Assembly (NCBI GenBank): GCA_030680695.1
Contig: JAUXUT010000149.1
Span: 302,933-354,999 of the forward strand
Direction of reading: 5' to 3'
Length of the DNA: 52,067 nt
From: a bacterium
GTDB lineage: Bacteria > Patescibacteriota > Minisyncoccia > Phycocordibacterales > UBA6065
Part shown: in pieces, positions 8,356-17,253 of the stretch
Layout: each line of letters starts with the position of its first letter
Numbering within the stretch: the stretch's first letter is position 1
The notes under the pieces: generated by a model
The model's database searches: none
Told to the model about the DNA's origin: nothing
Seen by the model: only the letters and a program-made list of their open reading frames with translations
Made by a program: the position numbers and the translations under genes

Positions 8356-9456
8356 CTATATAAGCTTCGCGATGTCTTTGTATGTCACAAAGAGCATAAA
8401 CAAGATGAGCAAGCCGAAGCCGAGAACATTGAGCGTGTTGGCAACGACCGGCTTGATTGGTCTCCTCGAGATAGCTTCGATGGCCACGAAAAGAATACGT
8501 CCTCCGTCGAGGGCCGGGAACGGAATGAGGTTGAGAACCGCCAAGTTCATGGATATGAAAGCCGTGAACGAAAGGAGATATATGAAGCCGAGCGAGCTGG
8601 CGTCGCCAACCAGACGCGCGATTCCGACAGGACCTGCAACTTGTGACAAATCGGCCTCGCCCATGAACGCATCCCTGATGAGTCCGTACAAATTCGCGGC
8701 GATGCCGACGAACATATCAACCGTGAGCTTGCCTCCTTCCCAGATTGCAAGGTGGATCGGCAGTTTGACCTTGCCGGCAAGGTCCATGGCAATGCCAATG
8801 GCAAAGTTCGACGTCGAAGAAACTTGTTCTGGCGTCACTGTGAGGGCGAGCGGCGCCCCGTTGCGCAATACTTCAAGGCCGAGCGCCGATCCGTCCGAAG
8901 AACGAACAGCACTTTGGACTTCCTCGACTGTGGCGACGACCGAAGTTGCGGCACTGCCAGATTTGATACCGATGAATGAGTCGCCAGGCATGATTCCGGC
9001 GCGCGCTGCAGGTGATCCCTCGAGAACTTCGATAACCATCACATGCTTGTCTATGACGTACTTGGAAGAATTATCCGAAACAGACGTGGTCATGCCCGAA
9101 AGATATGCGATGGAAAACAAGGCCCATGCGAATACGATGTTGAATATCACACCCGAAGCCAGGATGAGCGCCTGCTTCCATCGGGCGATATTTGAAAAAC
9201 TGCGTGGATCCTTGGCGCCGTTCGCCGCAGCCGGATCTTCATCTGGATTCTCGCCAAATATTTTTACGTATCCGCCGAATGGGATGAGGTTAAAAGAGTA
9301 CAGCGTCTCGCCCACTTTTTTCTTGAACAAGCGCGGCGGAAAACCGATAGCGAACTCGTCAACGCGCACGCCGAATCTCTTGGCTGCAAGAAAATGGCCG
9401 AGCTCGTGAACAAACACGAGGACCGAGAGGATAACGAGAAAAAGTATGACGGACAT
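8356..9456 (-). CDS. rseP: Intramembrane zinc metalloprotease RseP (M50, PDZ)
   Basis: HELGH, PFGGYV, PDZ segment (GSPAARAGIMPGD), NLIPFPALDGG. Confidence 0.96.
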   Translation of the reverse strand: MSVILFLVILSVLVFVHELGHFLAAKRFGVRVDEFAIGFPPRLFKKKVGETLYSFNLIPFGGYVKIFGENPDEDPAAANGAKDPRSFSNIARWKQALILASGVIFNIVFAWALFSIAYLSGMTTSVSDNSSKYVIDKHVMVIEVLEGSPAARAGIMPGDSFIGIKSGSAATSVVATVEEVQSAVRSSDGSALGLEVLRNGAPLALTVTPEQVSSTSNFAIGIAMDLAGKVKLPIHLAIWEGGKLTVDMFVGIAANLYGLIRDAFMGEADLSQVAGPVGIARLVGDASSLGFIYLLSFTAFISMNLAVLNLIPFPALDGGRILFVAIEAISRRPIKPVVANTLNVLGFGLLILFMLFVTYKDIAKLI

Positions 9457-9461
9457 AGTTG

Positions 9462-10013
9462 TTATCCAAGTATCTCCTTTTCCTTCTTAACGAGCATCTC
9501 TGCAAGACGCTTGTTCGATTCATCAACGAGCTTCTGGGCATCTGCCTTGAAGCGGAACTTCTCGTCCTCGCCCATGCCGCCTTCCTTTTCCTTATTGTCT
9601 ATGTCTGCGTTTACCTCATCGCGATGCTTCCTTACCTGAATCTTGGCCTGTTCAAGTTTTTCTTTGGCCATTTTCACAATTTCCTGGCGGCGCTCACCGG
9701 TCAAATCTGGGAACGAGACGCGAATGCCCTTGTCATCAACCGCGACAGAGAGGCCGAGGTTTGCGACGATGATGGACTTTTCAATGGCCTTGATAAGACC
9801 TTGATCCCACGGCGCGATGCGAATGGTTCGAGCATCTTCGTTCGCAATGCTCGCCACCTGATTGATAGCCATATCAGACCCGTATGCGTCAACGCGCACA
9901 CTGTCGAGTATCGAAGGGTTGGCGCGGTTAGTTCGAATGGTGCTGAGCTCCTTTTGAAGCCAAGTTTCCGTGCTCGCAAGATTAGCTTTGATGGCGGTGA
10001 AGTTGTATTGCAT
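9462..10013 (-). CDS. frr: Ribosome recycling factor
   Basis: IRTNRANPSILDSV-VDAYG, IRVSFPDLTGERR motifs; 183 aa. Confidence 0.97.
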   Translation of the reverse strand: MQYNFTAIKANLASTETWLQKELSTIRTNRANPSILDSVRVDAYGSDMAINQVASIANEDARTIRIAPWDQGLIKAIEKSIIVANLGLSVAVDDKGIRVSFPDLTGERRQEIVKMAKEKLEQAKIQVRKHRDEVNADIDNKEKEGGMGEDEKFRFKADAQKLVDESNKRLAEMLVKKEKEILG

Positions 10014-10035
10014 ATAGTGATATTAACATCCGGGC

Positions 10036-10710
10036 CTACCCTAAGTCTAATAATGCCGCACGTTCAAGAACGAGCTTAACCGACGGAGCACGGTCTTTGA
10101 GATATGCCGACAGACCCACGATTTCTTTCACAGCATGGGCTCGCACCGGTCCGGCTTTTTCGAGGCTATCGCCGCGCAGTTCTGTAATAAGCGAGGCGAG
10201 GAAACCTTCGGCTTTGGCTTTGTCCTTCTCTTCTATAATGCCAGCCACTGCCGCAAGACGATCCTTTGGCGACATCTTTACGAAAGCTTTCGCGTCTATG
10301 CTGAGCGCCGCGTCACCCGTCAATCCCGCCGATTCATGCGCAATGATGACCATGCGAGATCGCAGAGTTGGCAAAAGGATGCGCCGCGTCGGGGCGATGA
10401 CAAAAAAATGCGTGCCAGTGGTCGGCTCTTCAAAAACTTTTAGAAGCGAATTCTGCGCCTCGTTGGTAATCGCACCCGTAGAAACTATGAATACCTTGCG
10501 ATCGCCCATGACCGGACGCATGGATTGCATGTCTTGCAGGGCGCGTCCTTCGTCAATGCCGAATGACTCGTATATCGCATAATGCACGTCCGGATGTCCG
10601 GCACGCACAATACCAAGTCCTTCTGACAAGAATGCATCAAGCGAAGCGAGCACGGCTTCCCGCTCGCCTTCGATGAAATATGCGTGATGGAGGGCCTTCG
10701 GATCAAACAT
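10036..10710 (-). CDS. holB: DNA polymerase III delta-prime-like subunit (probable start MFDPKALHHAY at 10710)
   Basis: HHAY, AQNSLLKVFEEP, ILLPTLRSR clamp-loader motifs; extended -10 TGcTATACT 6 nt before the ATG. Confidence 0.85.
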   Translation of the reverse strand: MFDPKALHHAYFIEGEREAVLASLDAFLSEGLGIVRAGHPDVHYAIYESFGIDEGRALQDMQSMRPVMGDRKVFIVSTGAITNEAQNSLLKVFEEPTTGTHFFVIAPTRRILLPTLRSRMVIIAHESAGLTGDAALSIDAKAFVKMSPKDRLAAVAGIIEEKDKAKAEGFLASLITELRGDSLEKAGPVRAHAVKEIVGLSAYLKDRAPSVKLVLERAALLDLG

Positions 10711-10725
10711 GTGTTGAGTATAGCA

Positions 10726-10938
10726 AAATAAAAGGCCACATCTGGAAGATGCAGCCTCAGGAGCTACGGTGCGCCATTTTGTTGGATGTCGGCTTGCGCC
10801 AACACGGGCGACATATGTAAATCGTTGCTGGATCCCGAATCTGAGCGATCGATCCCCGAGAAAACCCGTTTCGCCGACAAGGTGTCGAACGCTGAAGAAC
10901 TCCCGTATTGAGATTACTCTGCGTTCACATCTTGTCAA
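10726..10938 (-). ncRNA. Candidate structured ncRNA (RNA2, ~150 nt) with own promoter and terminator
   Basis: TTGACA(10938-33)-16 nt-TAATCT(10916-11); ends pair (CGGGAGUU 10905-898 / AGCUCCUG 10765-58); GCAA-capped hairpin; terminator 10735-10755 plus T tract. Confidence 0.6.
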
Positions 10939-10977
10939 ACACCCTCCTTATCATTTATCCAAGCTCGTCATTTCCAT

Positions 10978-11234
10978 AAAAAAGGCGCGATCCGTAGATC
11001 GCGCCATTCGGCACCCCTTGCGGGGCACCTAACACCTCGAGTAACGTCCCTGGACGTAGCTACTCGATTTTTTCCGAATCTGTATTACCGCAAGCGCCGC
11101 GCCTGGCTTGACGTCTAAGCGTAGCAGGGAGGGTGTACCAGACTGAGGTTGAGCTGCCCGAAGGCTAGCGACTAACCGGGGACAAAGACCGAAGTGCTGG
11201 TATTGGATATTACTCAGTGCCCAATATTTGTCAA
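10978..11234 (-). ncRNA. Candidate 6S-like RNA (RNA1, ~170-nt rod) with promoter, GNRA hairpin and terminator
   Basis: TTGACA(11234-29)-16 nt-TAATAT(11212-07); ~26-bp interrupted closing stem, central bubble, inner stem; terminator GGCGCGATC-TACG-GATCGCGCC-T6. Confidence 0.6.
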
Positions 11235-12248
11235 CTACCTCTTGGACATGATCGTCTTCTTGTAGACGTCGAGATGATCAAGGGCGATGCCGGTTCCCTT
11301 GGCAACGCAGTAAAGAGGATCTTCGGCGAGAATTGCCTTTACACCCGTGCGGCGGAATACAAGTTCTGGAAGATTGCGGAGCATGGATGATCCGCCGGTC
11401 ATAATGATACCGTGGTCGATGATGTCTGATGCAAGTTCAGGCGGAGTTTCCTGAAGTACGTCTTTGATGGCCTTAATCATGTCACGCAATTCCTTGCCGA
11501 TAGCCTTCACAACTTCGTTGGTCTTGATTTCGGTCGAGCGTGGCAGACCAGACAAAAAGTCGCGGCCTTTAATAATCATGACAAGCTCTTCTTCGAGGGG
11601 CACAGCCGAACCAATCTGTATTTTTATATCTTCTGCAGTCTTGTCACCAATGGCGAGATTAAAAGTTTTCTTGATGTAATCAGCGATCGCCGCATCAATG
11701 CGATTGCCCGCGCATTTTACGGATGTTGATGCGACAATGCCTCCAAGAGAAATCACAGCGACGTCGGTCGTTCCTCCACCGATGTCAACGACCATGTGTC
11801 CTTGCGCCTCTTGAATCGGAATTCCTGCGCCGATGGCGGCGAGAATCGGCTCCTTCACGACATATGCGGACTTGGCACCTGCCTTCACAGCCGCCTCGAC
11901 AACGGCGCGACGTTCAGTCGATGTGATGCCTGCAGGAACAGACACGAGGACTTCAGGCTTCCAGATGTTCCACTTGCCCAAGGCCTTGTCTATGAAATAT
12001 CTGAGCATCGCTTCGGTCACGCGGTAATCCGCGATAACGCCGTCCTTCATCGGTCGATACGCAATAATCGATTCCGGCGTACGGCCGATCATCTGTTTTG
12101 CCTCGACGCCTACGGCGAGAACCCTGTTGTCCTGTTCGGATACGGCTACAACCGACGGCTCGTTTAAGATAATCCCCTTGCCAGGAATAAACACGAGCGT
12201 ATTAGCCGTGCCGAGGTCTATACCGAGTTTTTTCGCGAATAAGGCCAT
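11235..12248 (-). CDS. mreB: Second MreB-family actin homolog (stand-alone)
   Basis: LGIDLGTANT, RPMKDGVIADY, MVVDIGGGTTD, GIIMTGGSS. Confidence 0.95.
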   Translation of the reverse strand: MALFAKKLGIDLGTANTLVFIPGKGIILNEPSVVAVSEQDNRVLAVGVEAKQMIGRTPESIIAYRPMKDGVIADYRVTEAMLRYFIDKALGKWNIWKPEVLVSVPAGITSTERRAVVEAAVKAGAKSAYVVKEPILAAIGAGIPIQEAQGHMVVDIGGGTTDVAVISLGGIVASTSVKCAGNRIDAAIADYIKKTFNLAIGDKTAEDIKIQIGSAVPLEEELVMIIKGRDFLSGLPRSTEIKTNEVVKAIGKELRDMIKAIKDVLQETPPELASDIIDHGIIMTGGSSMLRNLPELVFRRTGVKAILAEDPLYCVAKGTGIALDHLDVYKKTIMSKR

Positions 12249-12342
12249 GGTTTTGCGTTGGGTCTGGTTTAGCGCCCTAACTATACGCTTTTATGGCGTT
12301 TTGGCGATAGTTGACACAACTTCGCGTTGGCAGTAGAAATGT

Positions 12343-12732
12343 ATGGAAACCCCGTACGATTTTATGAGAAAGATACTCGGTTATGTGAGCTACATCACGG
12401 CTGAGGCGGACGAAGCGGTACTTGCCCTTGGGTGCACGCAGGAAGAACGTAGGATGAAATTTATGGCGTTCTACCGGGGCCTCCTTATCGAGGTTCCGAA
12501 CTTCGCGAGCTACGTGAAGGCCCTTCCATCAGTTTGCACAATGGACGAACGCTTGCGATTGATGGTGAACCTCTGGGCTGCCCTCGAACATGAAAAACTC
12601 GACGGGCACAGTGAAATCATGAGTTCAATTCTTGGTATGCAAGCATGCCACGAAGCGAGTCTTGTGAAGTTCGTCCAAGGTAAACCGAAAACTATCCGGC
12701 GCTGCCTCGAATATCTAGAGCTCCTGTTCTAG
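12343..12732 (+). CDS. Hypothetical protein (129 aa)
   Basis: Intergenic ORF divergent from mreB2 and followed by a terminator; no motif recognised. Confidence 0.65.
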   Translation: METPYDFMRKILGYVSYITAEADEAVLALGCTQEERRMKFMAFYRGLLIEVPNFASYVKALPSVCTMDERLRLMVNLWAALEHEKLDGHSEIMSSILGMQACHEASLVKFVQGKPKTIRRCLEYLELLF

Positions 12733-12776
12733 GCTCGCTGGGATTTGTCACCGTCCGCCTCGCCCCACCACTCAAG

Positions 12777-12807
12777 ACCGCCTTCCCTTACGGGTTGGCG
12801 GTTTTTT
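12777..12807 (+). terminator. Intrinsic terminator
   Basis: ACCGCC..CCC-TTAC-GGG..GGCGGT stem followed by a T run. Confidence 0.75.
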
Positions 12808-12834
12808 CATAGCGTATATGCTATACTTCCCGAC

Positions 12835-14391
12835 ATGAAAACGCCCACCAAAGCCTTGACCTCTATCGGCTCGATGATTACCCATCTGCGTGAAGACAGG
12901 CGCATGACCCAAGGCGAGCTTGGCAAGAAAATAGGCACGACCCAGTCTGCTATCGCCCGTATCGAAAAGGGCGAGCAGAACCTCTCGACCGAAACTCTGG
13001 CGAAAATTAGCGCGGCCCTCGGTCAGGAAATCGTTTCCCTCGCCCGCGGTGGCACGGTCAATTTCCGCATCAAGGGCGGCCATCCTCTTTCTGGCACGAT
13101 CAAAGTCCGCACTTCCAAAAACGGCGCTGTGGGCGTGATGTGCGCCTCGCTCATGAACAAGGGAACGACTGTCATCAAGAACGCACCAAAAATCGAAGAG
13201 GTGAATCGCATCATCGAAGTCTTCGAATCAATCGGCGTGAAAGTCGAGTGGCGCGGAGACCGCGGACAGGACCTCGCCATTACCCCACCGGCAACCTTTG
13301 CAATGAAATCTATTGCATATGATTCGGCGGCCAAAACAAGGAGCGTGGTAATGATGCTCGGCTCGCTCATACATCGCATGACAAAGTTTGATCTGCCTCA
13401 GGCGTCCGGTTGCCGTCTCGGCTCGCGCACAATCCAGCCGTATGTGTTCGCTCTCGAAAAGCTTGGTGTTTCTATCAAAACCTCATCGAAATATTACGAG
13501 GTATCGCACAAAGGCCTGAAGAAAAATCGAGAAATCATCATGTACGAGGCCGGTGATACTGTGACCGAAGCCGTGCTCATGGCGGCGGCACTTATCCCGG
13601 GCACAACTACGATCAAATTCGCCTCGGCCAATTACCAGGTCCAAGATGTCTGTTTTTATCTCGAACTTCTCGGTGCAAAAATTGATGGCATTGGTACCTC
13701 GACCATGGTAGTCCACGGCATCGACCCAAAAACACTTGGCAAGGACGGTTTGAAAAAAGATGTCGAGTATTCCCTTTCCGAAGACCCGATCGAGGCCATG
13801 TCTCTTATCACGGCAGCAATCATCACCAAGTCATCTATCACGATCGAGCGATGCCCGATTGATTTCCTTGAATTGGAATTGCTCAAGCTCGAAAAGATGG
13901 GATTCAAATATAAATTCCTCAAACGATACAAGGCCGACAACGGCAGAACGAACCTTGTGGACATCAAGACATTTTCGTCAAAGCTCAAAGCCCTCGACGA
14001 GAAAATCCACGCCCAACCATATCCTGGCATCAACATGGACAACTTGCCGTTCTTTGCGGTCATTGCAACTCAGGCCGAAGGACAGACATTTATTCACGAC
14101 TGGGTGTACGAGGAACGCGCTATTTATTATAAAGAACTCGACAAGCTGCGCGCGGAAACAATTCTCGCTGATCCGCATCGCTTTTATGTGAAGGGTCCGA
14201 CCAAGCTCAAAGCGACCGAGGTCGTCTGCCCTCCTGCCTTGCGTCCGTCTGTCATTATCATGCTTGGTATGCTCGCGGCCGAAGGCACATCCGTATTGCG
14301 CAACGTGTACAACATCAATCGCGGATACGAAGACCTCGCCAATCGTCTCAATTCCATCGGCGCAAAAATCGAAACCTTCCGCGATCTTTAA
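12835..14391 (+). CDS. murA: UDP-N-acetylglucosamine 1-carboxyvinyltransferase with N-terminal XRE-type HTH domain
   Basis: LREDRRMTQGELGKKIGTTQSAIARIEKGEQNLS (HTH_3), then SKN, GCRLGSR (catalytic Cys loop), PYPG and E-LANRLNSIGAKI; start set at MKTPT using the -10 7 nt upstream. Confidence 0.93.
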   Translation: MKTPTKALTSIGSMITHLREDRRMTQGELGKKIGTTQSAIARIEKGEQNLSTETLAKISAALGQEIVSLARGGTVNFRIKGGHPLSGTIKVRTSKNGAVGVMCASLMNKGTTVIKNAPKIEEVNRIIEVFESIGVKVEWRGDRGQDLAITPPATFAMKSIAYDSAAKTRSVVMMLGSLIHRMTKFDLPQASGCRLGSRTIQPYVFALEKLGVSIKTSSKYYEVSHKGLKKNREIIMYEAGDTVTEAVLMAAALIPGTTTIKFASANYQVQDVCFYLELLGAKIDGIGTSTMVVHGIDPKTLGKDGLKKDVEYSLSEDPIEAMSLITAAIITKSSITIERCPIDFLELELLKLEKMGFKYKFLKRYKADNGRTNLVDIKTFSSKLKALDEKIHAQPYPGINMDNLPFFAVIATQAEGQTFIHDWVYEERAIYYKELDKLRAETILADPHRFYVKGPTKLKATEVVCPPALRPSVIIMLGMLAAEGTSVLRNVYNINRGYEDLANRLNSIGAKIETFRDL

Positions 14392-14490
14392 TCGCGCACA
14401 TGCATATAGTCATGTCTAGGTAATACCGACTACGTTCACGCGTAATATAGGGTAAGGGGCGGACATCCGCCTCCCTAAGCGACAAACCCT

Positions 14491-14646
14491 ATGAAAGAAC
14501 TAATCCCTTCGCCTATCCAGAACGACCTATACAGGCTTGTCATCCTCCACGATTCATTCGGCCGTATCCTCCATCAGCACACAATCCGCCTGCCCGCGCC
14601 GGAAATCGATATATCAGAAACCTCGAAGCCGGAGGACGGCGCCTAG
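14491..14646 (+). CDS. Possible small protein (51 aa, MKELIPSPIQNDLYRLVILHDSFGRILHQH...)
   Basis: Manually read ATG..TAG ORF filling the murA-yciF gap; below the ORF-track cutoff. Confidence 0.4.
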   Translation: MKELIPSPIQNDLYRLVILHDSFGRILHQHTIRLPAPEIDISETSKPEDGA

Positions 14647-14675
14647 AGGTCTCCTTACCATTAACGCCACCAATA

Positions 14676-15173
14676 ATGAGAACCACTAACCTGCGCGACC
14701 TGCTCGCGCTCAAATTAGGCGCACTCTATGACATCGAACTGCAGATTATCGAAGCGCTCCCGAAAATGATTGAAAAAGCGAGCGACGAAGACCTCAAATC
14801 TTCCTTGCGCGAACACCTCCAAGAAACGCGGGTGCAAGCCAAGCGCCTCGAAGAGGCATTCGAAGAGATCGACGAGAAGGCCGATAAAGTCAAAGTAGAA
14901 GGTATTCGAGGCATCATCAAAGACGCCGAGTGGAACATGAAGCACGCCGACACGCCTGAAACGCTCGATGCGGCGATTATCGCGTCGGCAAGTTATGTCG
15001 AGCACTATGAAATCGCCGGGTATACCACGGCCGTTGCTTGGGCAGACACATTGGGATACTACACCGTGTCCGAACTGCTCACACAGACGCTCAAAGAAGA
15101 GCATCATGCAGACGCCGTCCTCCAGGAAGCCGCCTATTCAAAGATAAACCAGAGGGCGACCGAGATGGTATAG
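14676..15173 (+). CDS. Ferritin-like DUF892/YciF family stress protein
   Basis: LYDIELQI..ALPKM, HLQET..QAKRLE, GIRGII, VEHYEIAGY, TLKEEHHAD di-iron-type motifs. Confidence 0.9.
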   Translation: MRTTNLRDLLALKLGALYDIELQIIEALPKMIEKASDEDLKSSLREHLQETRVQAKRLEEAFEEIDEKADKVKVEGIRGIIKDAEWNMKHADTPETLDAAIIASASYVEHYEIAGYTTAVAWADTLGYYTVSELLTQTLKEEHHADAVLQEAAYSKINQRATEMV

Positions 15174-15203
15174 GTGACGCCGTAAAAGCGGTATACTGAA
15201 TAT

Positions 15204-17114
15204 GTGCATCTCATCAAGGCCATACCTATCGTCCGCGGCGTCGGAGCTGACCTATTAAGCTATTGGACCCCTGGAGCCGCGCCATTAGGCGCGGTTATCC
15301 GCGTTCCCTTGCGCAAGCGGACCGTAGGCGCGCTCGTCATATCGTCACAGCCAGCAGCCGAAGCCAAGGCTGAAATAAAATCAGCAGATTTTGAAGTTAA
15401 GAAAGTTGAGAAGACCGAGGCTCGCCAGCTCGTTTCGCCTGAATTTTTCCAGGCGGCCGAGGAAAGCGCGCGATACCACGCGGCATCTGTCGGCAGTACC
15501 TTGTTTGAATTACTGCCCGCATCAATTCTTGCTGATTACGAGAAACTGCCAGAAGCCAAACCAGCCGGCAAGCGTCGCCTGTCGCACCACGAACCGTACG
15601 TCCTTCAAAAAGGTGATGACGACCGATACGGTCACTACAAGAGCCTCGTCCGCGAGCGCTTCGCCCGCAAAGAATCGGTATTCATGATGATGCCGACCGC
15701 CGAAGACATCAAAAAGGCCTTCTCGTATTTCGAGAAAGGTATCGAAACGTACACATACATATTCCACAGCGGCTTGTCCAAAGGAGAAGTTTCAAAGCGA
15801 TGGAAGGCCTGCGTCGAAGATCCTCACCCTGTCGTGATCGTGGCGACCGGCGGTTTCCTGGCCATCCCACGCGCCGATATCGGCCTCGTCATCGTCGAGC
15901 GAGAAAATTCCCGCGCCTACAAACTCCCTTCCCGACCGTTCCTCGACCTGCGATACGTGGCAGAACGATTTGCACGAGCCAAGGGTGCAGACCTCATCTT
16001 CGGGGACTCAAACCTGCGTGTCGAAACATTGTGGCGCGAAGAAGAAGGCGCCCTCGTGGACTATGCCCCGCTATCCATGCGTTCGCTATCGACATCGCGC
16101 GACGAACTTGTGGATATGAAGAAATACAAGGACGCCGGCAAGGAATTCCGCGTCCTTTCTGACGAACTATTGTCTGTCGTCGCCAAAAATCGCGAGGAGA
16201 GCGGCCACATGTTCGTGCTTTCGGGCCGCAAAGGACTCGCCCCGCACACCGTCTGTGCAGATTGCGAAACAGTTCTGCTCTGCGACAAATGTTCAGACGT
16301 GCCGCTCGTCCTGCATTCCAAAAAAGGTGGCGATCCGGCGAGCGACGATAATCGGTTCTATCTGTGTAATCGATGCGGCAAGCGATTCGATGCGCACACA
16401 GTATGTCGTGCCTGCGGCAGTTGGCGATTGCGCACTCTCGGCATCGGAACGGAACGTGTCGCACATGAAATTTCTGTCGCTATTCCAGACGCCAAGGTTT
16501 TCTTGCTCGACAAAACAACGGCGAGCACGCACAAGAAGGCCCTTGAAATAGCCGAAAAATGGTACGCATCGCCAGGTGGTATCCTCGTCGGCACCGAACT
16601 GGCCCTTTTGTACGTCGATCGCGAAATAGACTACTCGGCCGTGGCGTCTATCGATTCGCTTTTTTCCTTGCCAGACTTCCGCATACACGAGAAAGCCTTT
16701 TCCATGATTATTCGGATGCGGACCATGGCGAGAAAGCAATTCATATTGCAGACGAGGAGCCCCGAGATACCGGCGATCGCATTCGGCGCCAAAGGCAACA
16801 TCATCGACTTCTATCGCCAAGAAATTGATGCCCGCCGTTCTGCAGATTTTCCGCCGTTCACAACTTTCATCAAAGTGTCGTACGCCGGAGACAAACCTGA
16901 CGTCATGGTCGCGATGGACGACCTCAAGGTAAAGCTCGCCGGATATGAAGTAGACATCTTCCCTGCCTTCATCGCCACTGTGCGCGGGGACTTTGTTATG
17001 CACGCCTTGGTCAAACTGAGGGCGGGTGCATGGCCGAACGACGACCTTCTCGACCGTCTGCGCGCCTTGCCACCCTCATACGCGGTCAATGTGGATCCCG
17101 ACACGATATTGTAA
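15204..17114 (+). CDS. priA: Primosomal protein N' (PriA), helicase motifs degenerate
   Basis: 3'BD-like N-terminus (VIRVPLRKR), four CxxC pairs (CADC, CDKC, CNRC, CRAC), GIGTERV, ILVGTE, ILQTRSPE, FPPF; no Walker A or DExH. Confidence 0.88.
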   Translation: MHLIKAIPIVRGVGADLLSYWTPGAAPLGAVIRVPLRKRTVGALVISSQPAAEAKAEIKSADFEVKKVEKTEARQLVSPEFFQAAEESARYHAASVGSTLFELLPASILADYEKLPEAKPAGKRRLSHHEPYVLQKGDDDRYGHYKSLVRERFARKESVFMMMPTAEDIKKAFSYFEKGIETYTYIFHSGLSKGEVSKRWKACVEDPHPVVIVATGGFLAIPRADIGLVIVERENSRAYKLPSRPFLDLRYVAERFARAKGADLIFGDSNLRVETLWREEEGALVDYAPLSMRSLSTSRDELVDMKKYKDAGKEFRVLSDELLSVVAKNREESGHMFVLSGRKGLAPHTVCADCETVLLCDKCSDVPLVLHSKKGGDPASDDNRFYLCNRCGKRFDAHTVCRACGSWRLRTLGIGTERVAHEISVAIPDAKVFLLDKTTASTHKKALEIAEKWYASPGGILVGTELALLYVDREIDYSAVASIDSLFSLPDFRIHEKAFSMIIRMRTMARKQFILQTRSPEIPAIAFGAKGNIIDFYRQEIDARRSADFPPFTTFIKVSYAGDKPDVMVAMDDLKVKLAGYEVDIFPAFIATVRGDFVMHALVKLRAGAWPNDDLLDRLRALPPSYAVNVDPDTIL

Positions 17115-17157
17115 AAACCATCCAAAATGGCGAGCACTGGCGCCGTATTTGTGCCTA

Positions 17158-17253
17158 TTGACTTTTAGACATAGAGTATGGTATAATAGACAGATGATGG
17201 GGTATTGAAATAGGACCGAGAATGATTCCGTTCTTTGTCCCCGACAATGCCCC
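17158..17253 (+). promoter_or_regulatory. Promoter and fully folded 5' UTR hairpin
   Basis: TTGACT-18 nt-TATAAT with TG; GGGGUAUUG(17199-207)/CAAUGCCCC(17245-253) stem ends at -1 of the ATG. Confidence 0.55.

Noticed and set aside
10036-10938. N-terminal extensions in the ORF track (holB 300 aa, dnaX 435 aa, gyrB 713 aa, rpsP 160 aa, murA 548 aa, dnaE 1079 aa)
   Set aside because: The extensions run through terminators, promoters or RNA elements; family N-termini and -10 positions support the shorter starts.
10726-11234. tmRNA or RNase P RNA identity for the tandem RNAs
   Set aside because: No tRNA-like ends or tag ORF, and no GAGGAAAGUCC P4 motif on either strand.
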